The notes under the pieces were generated by a model that did no database searches, was not told the origin of the DNA, and saw nothing but the letters and a program-made list of their open reading frames with translations. From assembly GCA_949297055.1 (NCBI GenBank), contig CASFRI010000039.1:1-49769 (forward strand): DNA of 49,769 nt, in the 5' to 3' direction. Shown piece after piece: positions 1-9,328 of the stretch (its first letter is position 1; each line of letters begins with the position of its first letter). The stretch comes from an uncultured bacterium (GTDB lineage: Bacteria; Bacillota_I; Bacilli_A; RFN20; CAG-826). The position numbers and the translations under genes are program-made.

Positions 1-432
1 GAAAGATTCCGCTATACAATGCGCAGTTTGAAAAAATCTTACATCGACGTTACCAATACGATGTTTACTCGTCGGTTTAACGACTCTAAAATCGATATTA
101 GACACAAATTTATGATAAGCAGAAGCAAATAATTCGATAGCGGATTTCGTCGTTTCACTTAAATATACCGGAGCGGGAATTTCTGGATAAACGAAAAGTA
201 AAGCCCCAAATTGTTCATCGTGACCGTGCGTGATAATGTAGGCTTTGATTTTATCTTTTCTTTCTTTTAAATAATCGACATTAGGAATGACAAAATCCAC
301 CCCTGGAGTGGTTCTATCCGGATAAGAAAGGCCACATTCGATAATGTAAATATCGCCATTTATCATCACGATATATAAATTTTTGCCCGTCTCATCTAAG
401 CCACCTAAGGCTCCAATTGAAATATTAGCCAT
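1..432 (-). CDS. rnjB: Ribonuclease J, J2-like (N-terminal 144 codons, runs off the left edge; not in the ORF track)
   Basis: Manual translation from ATG at 432: MANISIGALGGLDETGKNLYIV...ECGLSYPD...GVDFVIPN...IITHGHDEQFGAL...FQTAHCIAES. The LGG-x-E-x-GKN start and metallo-beta-lactamase motif are RNase J. HGHDEQ rather than HGHEDH matches the J2 paralog. SD AAAGGAG upstream. Confidence 0.9.
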   Translation of the reverse strand, partial: MANISIGALGGLDETGKNLYIVMINGDIYIIECGLSYPDRTTPGVDFVIPNVDYLKERKDKIKAYIITHGHDEQFGALLFVYPEIPAPVYLSETTKSAIELFASAYHKFVSNIDFRVVKPTSKHRIGNVDVRFFQTAHCIAESF

Positions 433-445
433 AATTTGCTCCTTT
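433..445. repeat. 13-bp direct repeat copy 1 (AATTTGCTCCTTT; RBS of rnjB)
   Basis: Identical to 2350-2362. Confidence 0.75.
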
Positions 446-458
446 TAATAAATAAGTA

Positions 459-2348
459 TTAAGCAACGCGACAAAGCGAAGCAGTCGTGGAATTGTAATC
501 ACCCCAGATACGACAGACTAGATCAGGATGATCGATAAATGGATTACGGTTACCTTGTAAATCTTCCGCTCCATCGTTACGATTAATTTCTCTTTGTTGA
601 ACTGGATAAGATAAATGCCATTTAATTAAATCGCTTAATTTGCCCATCGTATTATTAAATTTTGAATCATTCGTCTTATCCACTAAAGAAAGACGAGAAT
701 CCGCCACGACGCAATAAAAGATAATTCTTGCCGCATCCCCGCGGTAACTTTCTAAACCAAAATTTGTTGCTGCTGGATCCCAACCACTACCATTAGTATT
801 CATGCCTTCGACGTAGAAAGAATTTCCTCTATTACTGTTTTCACTTTCAATTGTTGGCCTAGGCATATGAATGTCATTATCGACGAAATTTCCACCGCGT
901 GAATTAGGCCAGACGTGTTCACGGTTTAAACCACTATTAACTGATTTACCTGAATAGAAACTTAGAAGTTTATTTGGGTTATTAGGATCATAATCAGTCT
1001 TATAGAAATCACTAGAACGATTACTACCATGACCTATTAGCATCGAATCATATCCGACGGTGGAATGTCTTTTTTGTTTATTTAAATTTCTTAAATTGTT
1101 TAGTAACGTATTCCCAGTCGTATCTAAATTCGTGGAATTATAACACGTTCCTTCATAAGTACTTTCTCCACCGCCTCCGCCACTAAATTCTTTAACATTT
1201 ACTTCTATTATATTAGAAGTAACTCCACTTCCATCCGTCGCGAATGCTTGAATAGAAGTTGTTCCTTCACTTAAGGTAGTAAGTAAACCATTATCGTTTA
1301 TTGTAGCCACGTTCGTATTAGATGAGGACCAAGTTAAAACCTTATTACTTGCTCCCATCGGATAAATTGTTACGTTAAATTGAACTTGTTCACCAAGATA
1401 AGGATTTGAATCTCCACTAATTGTAATTTTACTAACTAGTAATTGACCACCATTAGCGAGGACATTTAATTCAAATGGACTAGAAGAAATATTACTTCCA
1501 TCCGTCGCTGTTGCAATAATATTAGTGCTACCAATGCTTAAAGCAGTGACAGTTCCATCTTTACTAATTGAAGCAACTTTGCTATTAGAAGATGACCAAC
1601 TAACTTCTTTATTACTCGCTTCCGCAGGTAAGATAGTAGCGTTCATCTTCGCACTACTTCCAACTTGTAAAGAAGTAGGTCCAGTCACGCTAATTTGTTC
1701 GACGAGAATATCATCGCTTCCTTTTCTTACGTAAATATCAAAACTTTCCGAACGAATTTTCGTCGCATCTTTTGCAATAGCGTAAACGTTCGTATTTCCA
1801 TGACCTACAGCAGTAAATAAACCATTTTCATCAATTGTTCCAACATTTTCATTCGTAGAAACCCACTCTACTTCTTTAATCGAAGCGTTAGATGGATAAA
1901 CTAAAGCATCGAAATGTAAATTTTCACCGATATCGACATCTTTCCATTCTTCTTGTTTAACGACATCGATACTTGTTATATCGACCATAGAATTAGAAGA
2001 AAGAACATTCACTAATGCTTCAGCATAAAAACTCGATTGTGTTTCATAATCGACGCTTGTAGCGTAGACGTGAACTGTTCCTGGTAAAATGGCAGTGATG
2101 GAGCCGTCTTCATTTAAAGTAGCAAAATTTTCTTCTCCACTTCCTAAGGCATAATAAATTTCGCCTATTTCTGCATTAGATGGCTTAGCTAAAACATCAA
2201 AGCTAAAAGTATCGCCCACTTCAATACTAATTTCACCTGGACTTAAAGCAAAGCCTTCTAAATCATGCTTATCATTAGGTGTGGCACAGCCAGTCACTAA
2301 CGCAGTAAGTAAGAAAGATAATAATGCGATACGGCGATTATTTTTCAT
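459..2348 (-). CDS. Lipoprotein with about 4 Big_2 Ig-like repeats and a C-terminal endonuclease I (His-Me finger) nuclease
   Basis: Lipobox LVTG-C; repeats P-x-N-A-S-x-K-x-V-x-W-S-S-S-N...ATDGS; GGGGG linker; NREHVWPNSRG, RGDAARIIFY and QGNRNPFIDHP motifs. Confidence 0.88.
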   Translation of the reverse strand: MKNNRRIALLSFLLTALVTGCATPNDKHDLEGFALSPGEISIEVGDTFSFDVLAKPSNAEIGEIYYALGSGEENFATLNEDGSITAILPGTVHVYATSVDYETQSSFYAEALVNVLSSNSMVDITSIDVVKQEEWKDVDIGENLHFDALVYPSNASIKEVEWVSTNENVGTIDENGLFTAVGHGNTNVYAIAKDATKIRSESFDIYVRKGSDDILVEQISVTGPTSLQVGSSAKMNATILPAEASNKEVSWSSSNSKVASISKDGTVTALSIGSTNIIATATDGSNISSSPFELNVLANGGQLLVSKITISGDSNPYLGEQVQFNVTIYPMGASNKVLTWSSSNTNVATINDNGLLTTLSEGTTSIQAFATDGSGVTSNIIEVNVKEFSGGGGGESTYEGTCYNSTNLDTTGNTLLNNLRNLNKQKRHSTVGYDSMLIGHGSNRSSDFYKTDYDPNNPNKLLSFYSGKSVNSGLNREHVWPNSRGGNFVDNDIHMPRPTIESENSNRGNSFYVEGMNTNGSGWDPAATNFGLESYRGDAARIIFYCVVADSRLSLVDKTNDSKFNNTMGKLSDLIKWHLSYPVQQREINRNDGAEDLQGNRNPFIDHPDLVCRIWGDYNSTTASLCRVA

Positions 2349-2349
2349 A

Positions 2350-2362
2350 AATTTGCTCCTTT
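2350..2362. repeat. 13-bp direct repeat copy 2 (AATTTGCTCCTTT; RBS of the nuclease lipoprotein)
   Basis: Identical to 433-445. Confidence 0.75.
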
Positions 2363-2390
2363 CCTCACTGCACTTTTAAGATGAATAAAT

Positions 2391-4571
2391 TTATTTACGA
2401 GCGTTACGCTTGAAAGGTTTACGTTCGCTCTTTTCTGGTCTTTCGACATAATTATCAGGTTTCGTTTCAAATTCGCGGTGCGAAACTTTCACTTTTCCTC
2501 TTTCATCAATTTCGGTCACACGGACGCGAAGATGATCGCCCACTTTGACGACATCGCTAGCGTTTTCAATATATCCCCAGCCAAGTCTTGAGACGTGACA
2601 TAAGCCTTCGGTATCGCCAAATAATCTAACGAAGCAACCATAATCTTCGACACGCGTCACTTCGCCATCATAAATTTCACCAACTTTAGCTTCGCGGACG
2701 ATATCTTCGATCATCTGTTTGGCTTTATTGATCGCGTCGCGATCGTAATGATAAATCACAACTTTTCCATCATCGTCGATATCGATTTTCACGTCATCGC
2801 ATTTAGCGATAATATCATTAATAACTTTTCCACCTGTACCGATAACTTCACGAATCTTATCGACTTCGATTTGCATCGTATCCATCTTAGGCGCCCACTT
2901 GGAGACGTCATCTCTTGGCTTATCGATGGCTTTAGCCATCACTTCTCTAATTTTTGCTCTTGCTTCGTGGGCTTGGGCTAGTGCTTCACGTAAGATTTCT
3001 TTAGTGACACCTTTAATTTTGATATCCATTTGTAAAGCTGTGATACCATTTTTTGTTCCAGCGACTTTAAAATCCATATCACCGAAATGGTCTTCTAAAC
3101 CTTGGATATCAGTTAAGATAGTGTAAGGATGATTTCCATCTAGTGGACCAGAAGTAATTAAGCCCATCGCAATACCGCTTACCATATCTTTAATAGGAAC
3201 GCCCGCTGCCATAAGAGCCATACAAGATGCACAGATAGAAGCTTGTGAACTAGAACCATTCGATTCGACAACTTCACTTACAACTCTTATCGTATAAGGG
3301 AAAACTTCTTCGCTTGGAATGACGTAAGATAAAGCTCTTTCACCTAAAGCACCATGACCAATTTCTCTTCTACCAGGTGAACCCATGCGACCAACTTCAC
3401 CGACGGAGAAAGGTGGGAAATTATAATGGTGCATAAATCTTTTCTTATCTTCTTCCGTTAAATTATCGATAATTTGTTCATCCGTTAATGGGCCAAGAGT
3501 ACAAGAAGAAATAACTTGCGTTTGACCACGTGTAAACATCGCTGAACCATGCACTCTTGGAAGTAAATCCACTTGTGCGTCCAAAGGACGAATTTCATCG
3601 ACTTTACGTCCATCTGGACGAACTTTATCTTCGGTAATAAGTCTTCTCACTTCGTTTGCGACGATCGTCTCTAACGTGTCTTTAACCATCGTCATCGTTA
3701 GTTTATGCGTCTTTTCATCTTCATATTTCTTATTTTCATAAGATTCAATGATTTCATTTTCAATATCGTCGATAGCGTTTTGTCTTTCGAGTTTATCAAA
3801 GATAGAAATGGCTTTAATTAAGCGATCGTAACTTCTATCGTAAATATCTTTTTTAATGTCTTCATCGACTTGATAGAGACTAACTTCTCTTTTAGCTTTA
3901 CCAACTTCTTTAATAATCTTTTCTTCGAATTCACATAATTCTTTAATTGCTTCGTGGCCGAACATTAAAGCATCGAGCATTTCTTCTTCACTAACTTCTG
4001 CCGCACCAGCTTCGACCATGTTGATTGCTTGTTTCGTTCCTGCAACAGCGACGAACATATCAGATTTTTCTTTTTCTTCGACGCTTGGATTAATAATAAA
4101 TTTACCATCCACTCTTCCGACGTAGACGCCGGCGATTGGACCATCGAAAGGAATATCAGAAATTCCTAACGCTAAAGAAGAACCGAACATCGCTGACATT
4201 TCAGGAGTAGCGTTTTGATCGACACTTAAAACAGTGTTAACAATTTGCACTTCATTTCTAAAACCATCCGCGAACATTGGTCGAATCGGACGATCGATAA
4301 GTCTAGCGGTCAAAGTCGCATGTTCACTAGCCCTTCCTTCCCTTCTTAAAAAGGAACCAGGAATTTTACCTACTGCATATTGTTTTTCTTCGTAAGCGAC
4401 AGTTAAAGGAAAGAAATCCCCATCTTTTGCTTCTTTAGAAGCACAAGCCGTCGAAAGGACGACCGTATCATCGAGGCGAATTAAGCAGGCCCCATCTGCT
4501 TGCTTGGCAATCTCGCCAACTTCCACTACTAATCTTTTCCCGTGGAAATTCATTTCAAATGTTTTTTTCAT
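2391..4571 (-). CDS. pnp: Polyribonucleotide nucleotidyltransferase (PNPase)
   Basis: [37 protein letters not shown] motifs; KH and S1 domains. Confidence 0.99.
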   Translation of the reverse strand: MKKTFEMNFHGKRLVVEVGEIAKQADGACLIRLDDTVVLSTACASKEAKDGDFFPLTVAYEEKQYAVGKIPGSFLRREGRASEHATLTARLIDRPIRPMFADGFRNEVQIVNTVLSVDQNATPEMSAMFGSSLALGISDIPFDGPIAGVYVGRVDGKFIINPSVEEKEKSDMFVAVAGTKQAINMVEAGAAEVSEEEMLDALMFGHEAIKELCEFEEKIIKEVGKAKREVSLYQVDEDIKKDIYDRSYDRLIKAISIFDKLERQNAIDDIENEIIESYENKKYEDEKTHKLTMTMVKDTLETIVANEVRRLITEDKVRPDGRKVDEIRPLDAQVDLLPRVHGSAMFTRGQTQVISSCTLGPLTDEQIIDNLTEEDKKRFMHHYNFPPFSVGEVGRMGSPGRREIGHGALGERALSYVIPSEEVFPYTIRVVSEVVESNGSSSQASICASCMALMAAGVPIKDMVSGIAMGLITSGPLDGNHPYTILTDIQGLEDHFGDMDFKVAGTKNGITALQMDIKIKGVTKEILREALAQAHEARAKIREVMAKAIDKPRDDVSKWAPKMDTMQIEVDKIREVIGTGGKVINDIIAKCDDVKIDIDDDGKVVIYHYDRDAINKAKQMIEDIVREAKVGEIYDGEVTRVEDYGCFVRLFGDTEGLCHVSRLGWGYIENASDVVKVGDHLRVRVTEIDERGKVKVSHREFETKPDNYVERPEKSERKPFKRNARK

Positions 4572-4668
4572 AGTCTTTCTTTTTTCTTTTTACCTCAAAA
4601 ACTTTTCAATAACTAAAACTATATTAACATAAGTTAATTTAAAATTAAACTTTTTTATTATATAAAAA

Positions 4669-7017
4669 TTAACGATTATTCTGACGTTTTTTCTTATAAA
4701 TGACAATAGATGTAACGCTTGTTAGAATTAAGAAGATACTTAAAGATGCGACGATAAGTAAATAGTAGTTTTTATTCCCATTAATATGCGGGTAAGCGTT
4801 ATTTAAATCTAAACCAATAAAATCATTAAGCCCAAATGAAGTGTATTTATCGATGACTAGTTGATATCTAGTCCTAGCCTCCAAGATAGTAGAATCACTG
4901 CTTTCTTTAAAAATGTTTTTAGCGTCACTTATCATGAAATCATATTCTTGACTTAAAACATTCCAGTTTTCATCTAAAACACCTTTAAATAAATCCCAAG
5001 AAGCATTAGATCCACCACAATATTCACTTGTCATATCTAAGAAAAATTGTGCGTAAGCTTTGGCTTGATTGAAAGGTGAAACATCGTGAAGTATAACTTC
5101 GCCGCTATAATAATGTAGTTCAACGCTAATTAAGCGATTACGTTGACCATTCTTATCACTATTAACACCAATTAATAGACCAAATCTTAAAGACGGATAA
5201 TTTTGTTTCAAGTTATAACTTACTTCCGTTGGAGATAGACTCGTATCCACATTTATTCCATAAGTTCCAATATTAACTAAAGAATAAGAACTGCCATTAT
5301 CGAGCGAATAAATAATGTAAGCATCCATCTCTTTTTCGTTATATAAATTAAAAGATATTCCACTTGCATCATTAACATCAAAATTCATTCCAAAATAATA
5401 TAGGTTAGAATAACTATTCACTTGGTTATACCAAGAAGCATTCGTCACTAATATAGGTAATTTATTTCTACCTCTTTGCTCTGAATCATTCGCACCAATG
5501 TTAAGTCCGGTAGTGAAAGGATCCCAATCACCTTTATTTGCAAGCGAAGCGGACCACTTACGATTATCAGAAGAACTTAAAGTGATGGAATCATAAGGTC
5601 CATAAGATTGCATACTTTTTCCACTATTGCTTACTTCATTTTGATTAACGTTAATCGTCTCTTTTACTTCCGCAGGTGAAATTTCATCTACACCGACGTC
5701 AGCATTTTCGTTCGTGACGAAGACATTAATAACTTTTTCTAGACCTTGATAAGTAACTTTAATGGCTTGATTTCCTAGTTTCATCGTATCGATTTCGCTG
5801 ATGGAAGCGATGTCGCTAACATCGATGCGATTAGAATATTCATCAATGTAAGTTACTTCAATTGACGAATAATCGTAAGCTTTTCCTAATGGCGAACGAG
5901 TCACGTATTGACCGCTTATTTCTAAACTTGCTTCTCCTGGTTCAGGTGGAGTGATGCTTCCTCCCACTAAAGCGATAGCGTCTTCGTTAACGTTTGCATA
6001 ACCACTACTAGTGCCAAAAGCAATATCTGCCCAACTTGGAAAATCAATGAATGGATTTCTATTATGCTGATAATTGTTATAAATCAAATTATTACGATGA
6101 ATTTCATAATCTGAGACAGGATCTAAATGATGCCACTCTAAAAGAGTGGATACTAGTCCATAATAACCAGGTTTATTTTGTGTATCCACTGAAGATAATG
6201 TCCCTTGATTTGTAATTAAATTTACGTCATCAGTAAGTTCTAACCAAGGATCGGCCAAAGCACTAGTGAAGCTTGAATATCTTGCGGCCATATAAAATAA
6301 GGCTCTAGCAATATCACCTTTATCTTGATCGGGTGGTTCAAAAACCATCACTTTACTTCCATTAATTGTAGCGTAGCCTCTTACACCATAATGATCAACT
6401 TTCGTACCATAACTACTATCGTAAATTTTATCAACTTCTTCTACTTCCGCATAAGGATAATTTGAATGGGCGTGTTGATTAACATAAGAATCGCCTAACA
6501 TCAAATGATGTAAATCTGCGTAAGCTGGACCATCGTTTTCATCTTTACTAAAACCATGCGATTTAGACCAAATATGTTCTCTATCGATGTAAGTCCCATG
6601 GGTATCATTAATATGCGCGGCTGAACTTTCACCATTATCTAAGCGATAAAGCAAATGGACGTAAGGATTATCATCATATTGATAATTGCTCAATTGTTCT
6701 GCTGTTAATGGAGATTGCAACCAATCTCTTTCCGTAATTCTAGCCGTGTCCCACACATCCGCATAATTGAACCAACGATGGTTATTGCTCAATACATTTT
6801 GTAAACCATTTAATAAATCTTTGCCTTTCAAATTAGGACTTAAAGACGAATAATATTCTCTTACTTCTCCTTCGCTTAAATCTGAAACATTAATGTTATT
6901 AACAAGTGTTCCAGTCTTCGCTTCACTTTCAAAAGAAGAAATTAAAAATGAAGTAGAAATAGAAGTCACCAATAGACTTAAACTTAGAAAAGTAATAGCA
7001 AATATTTTCTTTTTCAT
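4669..7017 (-). CDS. Exported endonuclease I family nuclease with an Ig-like region and a C-terminal membrane anchor
   Basis: N-terminal signal; DREHIWSKSHG, KGDIARALFYMAARY, QHNRNPFIDFP; C-terminal TM helix followed by KKKRQNNR. Confidence 0.87.
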   Translation of the reverse strand: MKKKIFAITFLSLSLLVTSISTSFLISSFESEAKTGTLVNNINVSDLSEGEVREYYSSLSPNLKGKDLLNGLQNVLSNNHRWFNYADVWDTARITERDWLQSPLTAEQLSNYQYDDNPYVHLLYRLDNGESSAAHINDTHGTYIDREHIWSKSHGFSKDENDGPAYADLHHLMLGDSYVNQHAHSNYPYAEVEEVDKIYDSSYGTKVDHYGVRGYATINGSKVMVFEPPDQDKGDIARALFYMAARYSSFTSALADPWLELTDDVNLITNQGTLSSVDTQNKPGYYGLVSTLLEWHHLDPVSDYEIHRNNLIYNNYQHNRNPFIDFPSWADIAFGTSSGYANVNEDAIALVGGSITPPEPGEASLEISGQYVTRSPLGKAYDYSSIEVTYIDEYSNRIDVSDIASISEIDTMKLGNQAIKVTYQGLEKVINVFVTNENADVGVDEISPAEVKETINVNQNEVSNSGKSMQSYGPYDSITLSSSDNRKWSASLANKGDWDPFTTGLNIGANDSEQRGRNKLPILVTNASWYNQVNSYSNLYYFGMNFDVNDASGISFNLYNEKEMDAYIIYSLDNGSSYSLVNIGTYGINVDTSLSPTEVSYNLKQNYPSLRFGLLIGVNSDKNGQRNRLISVELHYYSGEVILHDVSPFNQAKAYAQFFLDMTSEYCGGSNASWDLFKGVLDENWNVLSQEYDFMISDAKNIFKESSDSTILEARTRYQLVIDKYTSFGLNDFIGLDLNNAYPHINGNKNYYLLIVASLSIFLILTSVTSIVIYKKKRQNNR

Positions 7018-7029
7018 AAATACGAGATG

Positions 7030-7038
7030 ATTATATCA
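7030..7038 (-). promoter_or_regulatory. Extended -10 promoter (TGaTATAAT) of the nuclease gene, 12 nt from ATG
   Basis: Consensus extended -10; no SD before ATG at 7017. Confidence 0.55.
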
Positions 7039-7050
7039 TATTCCAAACAA

Positions 7051-7080
7051 TAAAAAAATCTCTCAGTGGTAGAGAGATTT
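7051..7080 (-). terminator. Intrinsic terminator after rpsO
   Basis: Stem AAATCTCTC/GAGAGATTT with a 7-nt loop, running into a T-tract on the minus strand. Confidence 0.8.
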
Positions 7081-7105
7081 AGTGGCGTATCTTTATTTAA
7101 GAATC

Positions 7106-7375
7106 CTATTTTCTTAAATTAAGTTCCGCAAGAAGTCTTAAATAACTATCGCGGTCTTTACGGGCAAGATAATCGAGTAAGTCACGTCTTTTACCGACTA
7201 AGATAAGTAAGCCTCTACGTGAAGAATGGTCTTTCTTATGCACTTTAAGATGTTCGGTAAGTTCGCGAATTTGTTCGGTAAGAAGAGCAATTTGCACTTC
7301 TGTCGAACCACTATCTTTGGCGTCTTTGCCAAATTTAGCGACGATGTCTTGCTTCGTTTTTTTCGTTAAAGCCAT
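7106..7375 (-). CDS. rpsO: 30S ribosomal protein S15
   Basis: [24 protein letters not shown]; start moved to ATG 7375, downstream of SD AGGAGG. Confidence 0.99.
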   Translation of the reverse strand: MALTKKTKQDIVAKFGKDAKDSGSTEVQIALLTEQIRELTEHLKVHKKDHSSRRGLLILVGKRRDLLDYLARKDRDSYLRLLAELNLRK

Positions 7376-7383
7376 CTTTTTTT

Positions 7384-7460
7384 CCTCCTTTTTTATACTT
7401 AGCTTCATCCTCGTCTAGCGTTAGAAGGATTACTCGCTAAACCAAGAAGAAGTCGCAAAT
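7384..7460 (-). promoter_or_regulatory. rpsO 5' leader, probable S15 autoregulatory RNA structure
   Basis: Minus strand CUUCUUCUUGGUUUAGCG...CGCUAGACGAGGAUGAAG can form a long imperfect stem between promoter and SD, where Firmicute S15 leaders lie. Confidence 0.6.
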
Positions 7461-7463
7461 AAA

Positions 7464-7492
7464 ATTATAACGATAAGTTAAAAATTTGTAAA
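7464..7492 (-). promoter_or_regulatory. SigA-type promoter of rpsO
   Basis: TTTACA-17 nt-TATAAT. Confidence 0.75.
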
Positions 7493-7497
7493 CGATT

Positions 7498-8412
7498 TTA
7501 AAATATTTCTTTAGAGATAATATCTCTAATTTTTGCTTTATCTTCCTCTAATTGCTGACTTAATTCATCCGTCGTATTAAATTTATATTCTGGTCTTATT
7601 TTCCTTAAGAATTGGACGTAAAGTCTCCAATCATAAATTTGTAAAGTAAAATCTAAGATGTGTACTTCTAAAATAGGAATATCAAGTTCGTTTATAGTCG
7701 GATGCACCCCGACGTTAGCCATAGCAAAATGAGGTTCGCCGCGCACGAAAACGCGGACGAGATAAACACCATTTTCAGGTAATAAATAAGGTGCGTCAAA
7801 AGCAAGATTCGCCGTCGGGAAATTTAATTTCTTGCCTTCCCCTTTCCCATGTATTACAGTTCCACTTACTTCGTAAAAACGACCAAGAATTTTACTTACC
7901 TCATCAACTTTTCCTTCTTTTAACAAAGAATAGACGCGGCTAGAAGATAATTTACCTTCTTTATCTTCCACCATCTCGACTGGATGAACATTAAAATATT
8001 CTTCTAGAGTAGAAATATCACCTAAATTATCTTTTCCAAAGTGAAAATCTTCTCCGACGTATATTTCTTTCGTACCTAATGGCAATAAGATTTTTTCGAT
8101 GAAATCTAAAGCGCTCATAGTGGCAAGATTTTCATCAAATTTAATGTTGATTTGAAAACTTACACCTAACGAAGATAAAATTCTTCCTTTATCCCCTTCG
8201 CTTAAAACAAGTTTATCACCTTTATTATTAAAAAATTCATGTGGAGAAGGAACAAAAGAAATGACTCCAACTGGTCTAGATAAATTTTTGCAAGCTTCTT
8301 TAATGAGAGCTTGATGACCAAGATGTAAAGTTTTAAAAGCCCCAATGCAAAGGCAAAGATTATTATCTAATTTTCTTATTTTTGTATTTTCATCGATATT
8401 AATAATTCTCAT
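7498..8412 (-). CDS. ribF: Bifunctional riboflavin kinase / FAD synthetase
   Basis: HLGH, VGEDFHFG, FPTAN, GVY, NVGVHPT, EVHILDF; lies between truB and rpsO. Confidence 0.95.
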   Translation of the reverse strand: MRIINIDENTKIRKLDNNLCLCIGAFKTLHLGHQALIKEACKNLSRPVGVISFVPSPHEFFNNKGDKLVLSEGDKGRILSSLGVSFQINIKFDENLATMSALDFIEKILLPLGTKEIYVGEDFHFGKDNLGDISTLEEYFNVHPVEMVEDKEGKLSSSRVYSLLKEGKVDEVSKILGRFYEVSGTVIHGKGEGKKLNFPTANLAFDAPYLLPENGVYLVRVFVRGEPHFAMANVGVHPTINELDIPILEVHILDFTLQIYDWRLYVQFLRKIRPEYKFNTTDELSQQLEEDKAKIRDIISKEIF

Positions 8413-9260
8413 AATAGCCCTCTTTTAGAATAGTATAATCTATCGATCCCTCTTTCATAAATAGCTTTTATTTTCCCACTGCTCTTTAATTTTATTAAAA
8501 CGACGTCTTCTTTACTTTCTAGATGAATTTTTGCCCCATTAATAATTTTCTTTTCATCTATTCCCCCTACTTCGATAACTTTTAAAAAATACATAGCCTC
8601 TTCTAAAGGAATGACATCGCTTTCTTTTATATCTTCTGCAATCTTTGCTTTTTCTGAAGAAAATTTACCAATTTTTTGTCTTAAAAGACCATCTAAATGA
8701 CCGATGGTATTTAATTTTTTAGCGATTTCTTCTCCTAAAGTTCGGACGTAAGTACCTTTTGAACAAGTTAAAGAAAAAATGAGATGTTCTTTATCAAAAC
8801 TTATCAAATTAATATCATCGATAAATATTTTCCTTGGCTTCCTTTCAATTTCTTTACCACGCCTCGCTAATTTGTAGAGTGGGACACCATCTATTTTAAT
8901 AGCGCTAAACATAGGAGGAGTTTGTAAACTTTCCCCAAGAAATGATTTTAATGTTTCATTTATTTGTTCTTTATTTAAATTAGGAATCTTTTCTTCTTTA
9001 ATTACTTCCCCTTCTTTATCACCACTATTCGTAGCGGCGCCAAGCATTAATGAAGCAAAATAAGTCTTATGTAAATTTTCGAAAAATTGAATGCACTTCA
9101 ATCCCTCATTAACGCCAACGATTAAAAGTCCACTCGCGAAAGGATCTAAACTTCCAGCATGACCAAATTTATCGTTTGGAAAAGCTTTCGCTAAGACATT
9201 AACGATATCGCGTGAGGTTGGACCAATTGGTTTATTAACTAACAAAATTCCATCTTTCAT
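8409..9260 (-). CDS. truB: tRNA pseudouridine(55) synthase
   Basis: GHAGSLDPFASG, QTPPMFSAIK, CSKGTYVRTL. Confidence 0.97.
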   Translation of the reverse strand: MKDGILLVNKPIGPTSRDIVNVLAKAFPNDKFGHAGSLDPFASGLLIVGVNEGLKCIQFFENLHKTYFASLMLGAATNSGDKEGEVIKEEKIPNLNKEQINETLKSFLGESLQTPPMFSAIKIDGVPLYKLARRGKEIERKPRKIFIDDINLISFDKEHLIFSLTCSKGTYVRTLGEEIAKKLNTIGHLDGLLRQKIGKFSSEKAKIAEDIKESDVIPLEEAMYFLKVIEVGGIDEKKIINGAKIHLESKEDVVLIKLKSSGKIKAIYERGIDRLYYSKRGLL

Positions 9261-9267
9261 GCTTAAA

Positions 9268-9319
9268 ATTATACGTTTAATTTTTTCAAAGTGAAAACAC
9301 CTTCTTTATTCGTTATAAT
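9268..9319. promoter_or_regulatory. Back-to-back promoters of truB (TATAAT, minus, 9268-9273) and ttcA (TATAAT, plus, 9314-9319)
   Basis: Two consensus -10 hexamers 7 and 9 nt upstream of the respective ATGs; no SD on either side. Confidence 0.6.
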
Positions 9320-9328
9320 AAAACCCGT

